Source: a candidate division WOR-3 bacterium (lineage in GTDB: Bacteria > Hydrothermota > Tepidihabitantia > SM23-42 > JAOAFX01). Taken from it: a stretch of 10,274 nucleotides of DNA. Below, piece by piece: positions 8,003-10,274 of the stretch; the first letter of the stretch is position 1, and each line of letters starts with the position of its first letter. The translations under genes were made by a program, and so were the position numbers. Where the stretch lies: the NCBI GenBank assembly GCA_039802265.1, contig JBDRWI010000074.1, positions 1 to 10,274 of the forward strand, in the 5' to 3' direction. The notes below the pieces were generated by a model. The model was not told the origin of the DNA, ran no database searches, and saw only the letters and a program-made list of their open reading frames with translations.

Positions 8003-8031
8003 GGGGGCTGTTCTTTTTTAAGACAGCCCCC
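8003..8031. terminator. GC-rich intergenic stem-loop
   Basis: GGGGGCTGT (8003-8011) pairs with ACAGCCCCC (8023-8031). No clear + strand U-tract follows. Confidence 0.5.
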
Positions 8032-8047
8032 CTCAAGAATTCTGATT

Positions 8048-8575
8048 ATGAGAAGTTTAATTTTCTTCTATATTGTAGCCTTCTGCTTTGCTACAAGATT
8101 CCAGACGATATGGGAAAAAATGGAATTCCCATCGGATACCACATTGCCACCGTTTACTTATGGGATGAGGTGTTGTGGAGTCGGTGATGTAAATGGTGAT
8201 GGATATGACGATTTTTTAGTCAATAGAAAATCCAGCAATTATTTTTATGAACAAGATACTACGCTTGGTGAATATGTATATTTACATTACGGCAGAAAAT
8301 TTTTGAATATTGTACCGGACTTACCATTTTTCCATCATCATATAAATGGAGGATTTGATTATTGTTCAGATGGTTTTGGTGTCTTAACAGTAAGCGGCCT
8401 CGGTGATGTCAATGGCGACGGATACGATGATTTTTCTATCGTCGCCTGGCGTGCTATAACAGATACGATGTCGTGGGGCGACATTGCGCAGGGTGGGAAA
8501 ATATATATCTATTTTGGTTCTGCCTTTCCTGACACTATTCCCGAAATGATTATAAAAGGACACCCAATTTCCTAA
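8048..8575 (+). pseudogene. FG-GAP (integrin alpha-type propeller) repeat secreted protein, truncated by the IS
   Basis: Short signal-like N-terminus, two GDVNGDGYDDF Ca-binding motifs and GKIYIYFGS. The TAA stop (8573-8575) lies inside the IS terminal repeat, and there is no CTD. Confidence 0.85.
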
Positions 8576-8603
8576 ATTCCCAGACTTTTAGGCACTAGGA
8601 TTT
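8571..8603. repeat. IS terminal inverted repeat (transposase 3' end)
   Basis: CCTAAATTCCCAGACTTTTAGGCACTAGGATTT; it also encodes the last codons and stop of the transposase. Confidence 0.85.
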
Positions 8604-9996
8604 TCAATTTCTCTACGATCTCTTTTTGCTCTTTTGTCATCTCTTGAACAAGAATGTCGTCCTCATATACCTTGCATTTCAAGTTCCTCATTGTCAATAA
8701 AACTTCTTCCACGGTATATTCAGTGCCAATTTCCTTTTTCAAAAACACAAATACAATGAGTACTACAAATAACAAAAAAAGATAACCCCTCAATGTCGCC
8801 TCTTTATGAACCCGCAGTGGAATTAAATTCAAATCATCCTTTGAGAACCTAAATAACTTTTCCGCCATCTCGCGCATATAGTATAATGGCACAACCTCAT
8901 CTTCGCTTATCTTAAAAGAGGAAATGAGAACCATTACACCCTTTCTCATTAACTCATATTCAATCTCACGCTCATCCTCAATAAAACTCTCATCCATCAC
9001 TTTCAATAACATCTTTTTAATCTCTCTCCCCTTCCGCTCTGGATCAAGAATAATATACGCATATACCTCACTCCCAAATAAATATACCCTCTTTCGTTTA
9101 ATAAATAATACCCTCTTCCCATACCTCACGGCATGCTTAACCCGCTCTAAATCCCGCACCTCATTTCTAATCAATCGTCTATATAACTTCCGTGACGATG
9201 GTAATCTTGTAAGAAACGGTAGTCTCCCTTTATATAACTCCTTAATATTCTCCTCTGAGAAAAAACCAGCATCAATAAGCACAAAACCCCAAGAAATTCC
9301 ATATCTCTTTAACTCTTCAAGGGTAATTTTGAGTGAAGAAACATCTACCACATTGCCAGGAAGATACCTGAAGAAAAGAGGCAAAGAACTATTCTTTTCA
9401 ATAACAAAAAGGAATTTAATCTGCTTATCAACACTTTCATCATGATAACCCCACACACTCAAAGAACAATGAATTTGATTAGGTAGTGCCGTCGTATCAA
9501 TAATAATCCCCTTCTGTAGGTTTTTTAACATTCCGATATAAGCGCTGAAAAACTGCCTTTGTAAATATTCATCCCCAAATGCCTCTAAAGACTCACTTAC
9601 CCGCTGTGAAGATATTTCCACATCTCTAAATAATATTTTTGCGAAATTCCCTTCATACCAAACTCGGGCATACTTCATCGCTGAGGGATTACATAACCGG
9701 TAAAAAAGCAATGCCAATAAATAATTAGTTTCTCCTTTAAATATTTTTTCAACAATTGGTAAAAATTTTATCCTCTTAAGGAATTGGTAAATTAAGTAAG
9801 TATCACCAAAATCTAAGATTAGCTTTTCCTTGCCGTCTTTGGCCTTTCCTTTTTTGAATATCTTCTTTCTTTTATCAATAACAATACCGAGGTATTTAGT
9901 TTTCTGCCGTGGCTTTTTTAACGCTTTATCCCAAACAGATACCACCTCATAAGCATATTCCTGCCGACCGAACTTTTTATATCTAATAAAACTCAT
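8572..9996 (-). CDS. DDE transposase, IS1634 family-like, 474 aa
   Basis: N-terminal YAYEVVSVWD..KKPRQK..YLG; IIIDTT; GYH....KQI; P.FFRYLPGNVVDVSSL; LIDAGFFSEEN; Y..R...EKLF..K...L..PLRVH....LRGYLFL. Confidence 0.88.
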   Translation of the reverse strand: MSFIRYKKFGRQEYAYEVVSVWDKALKKPRQKTKYLGIVIDKRKKIFKKGKAKDGKEKLILDFGDTYLIYQFLKRIKFLPIVEKIFKGETNYLLALLFYRLCNPSAMKYARVWYEGNFAKILFRDVEISSQRVSESLEAFGDEYLQRQFFSAYIGMLKNLQKGIIIDTTALPNQIHCSLSVWGYHDESVDKQIKFLFVIEKNSSLPLFFRYLPGNVVDVSSLKITLEELKRYGISWGFVLIDAGFFSEENIKELYKGRLPFLTRLPSSRKLYRRLIRNEVRDLERVKHAVRYGKRVLFIKRKRVYLFGSEVYAYIILDPERKGREIKKMLLKVMDESFIEDEREIEYELMRKGVMVLISSFKISEDEVVPLYYMREMAEKLFRFSKDDLNLIPLRVHKEATLRGYLFLLFVVLIVFVFLKKEIGTEYTVEEVLLTMRNLKCKVYEDDILVQEMTKEQKEIVEKLKILVPKSLGI

Positions 9997-10016
9997 AATG
10001 CCTATATAGGCATTAT
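9995..10016. promoter_or_regulatory. Perfect 22-bp palindrome over the transposase transcription/translation start
   Basis: ATAATGCCTAT|ATAGGCATTAT overlaps both the -10 box and the ATG. Confidence 0.65.
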
Positions 10017-10039
10017 ATAAATTTTTTAGAAAATGTCAA
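10012..10039 (-). promoter_or_regulatory. Sigma70-type transposase promoter
   Basis: Minus strand TTGACA (10039-10034), a 16-nt spacer and TATAAT (10017-10012), 15 nt before the ATG. Confidence 0.75.
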
Positions 10040-10098
10040 GCATGTCTTGTAACCCCTCGTAAAATCGGGTATTGGCGAGCGTAGATAGAAAAAATAAA

Positions 10099-10272
10099 TT
10101 AAATCCTAGTGCCTAATTTTTCGAGAATTTGGGGGTTATCTCCCATATGTCTCTGCTGGGTATTGTAGTATTTTATCCAACTGTAAGCAATCAAAAATAG
10201 GGAATTGATATCTTTCATCTCAAGCCCAAAGGGAATGTATAACTCCTCATCATCGGTCCGGTGACTCCGCTC
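10099..10272 (-). pseudogene. 3' part of an integrase-core (rve; IS481/IS3-like) transposase entering from the right edge, interrupted by the IS1634-like element
   Basis: Not in the ORF track. The minus frame from 10272 reads ERSHRTDDEELYIPFG...WIKYYNTQQRHMGDN, which fits the rve motif ER.HRT..EE...W...YN...H. It then runs into the TIR and stops at 10101-10099. Confidence 0.75.
10101..10133. repeat. IS terminal inverted repeat (transposase 5' end)
   Basis: Reverse complement CCCAAATTCTCGAAAAATTAGGCACTAGGATTT matches 8571-8603 at 26/33. Confidence 0.85.
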
Positions 10273-10274
10273 CA

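Larger units (their letters stand above)
8571..10133 (-). mobile_element. IS1634-like insertion sequence, 1563 bp
   Basis: Single DDE transposase bounded by 33-bp imperfect terminal inverted repeats (26/33 identical, inner 16 bp perfect). No target-site duplication is visible. Confidence 0.85.

Noticed and set aside
2712..8187. Small alternative-frame and antisense ORFs within the large genes
   Set aside because: They are shadow ORFs of well-supported CDSs, with no motifs of their own.
8563..8570. Target sequence CCCAATTT resembling the IS end CCCAAATT
   Set aside because: A 7/8 match in AT-rich DNA at a single site is insufficient to claim target preference or a tandem end.
8924..9445. 173-aa + strand ORF antisense to the transposase
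   Set aside because: Its Ser/Leu/Ile-rich composition is expected from the reverse strand of a purine-rich gene, and there is no independent evidence.

Overview
AT-rich bacterial window. The protein style (PNP...IYD.xGR.V...GVYF C-terminal domains) suggests an FCB-group-related lineage such as WOR-3, but this is inference. Left, minus strand: an M55/DppA-type aminopeptidase behind a perfect TTGACA-N16-TATAAT promoter (apparently leaderless), translationally coupled to a gene running off the window whose N-terminus resembles type ISP/N6-methylase R-M proteins. An ~800-bp divergent intergenic region follows, rich in structure: operator-like repeats, a promoter, an inverted GTAG-REP doublet and a BoxC/triplex-like motif. 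Then come four co-oriented genes for putatively secreted proteins, each built on a different beta-propeller repeat family (SBBP-like, LVIVD, Kelch, FG-GAP). The first three end in T9SS-type-A/FlgD-Ig-like sorting domains, and an orphan CTD tail between genes 3 and 4 looks like a deletion scar. Gene 4 is cut by a 1563-bp IS1634-like element with 33-bp imperfect TIRs and no target duplication. Its other flank is a truncated integrase-core (IS481-like) transposase rather than the rest of gene 4.
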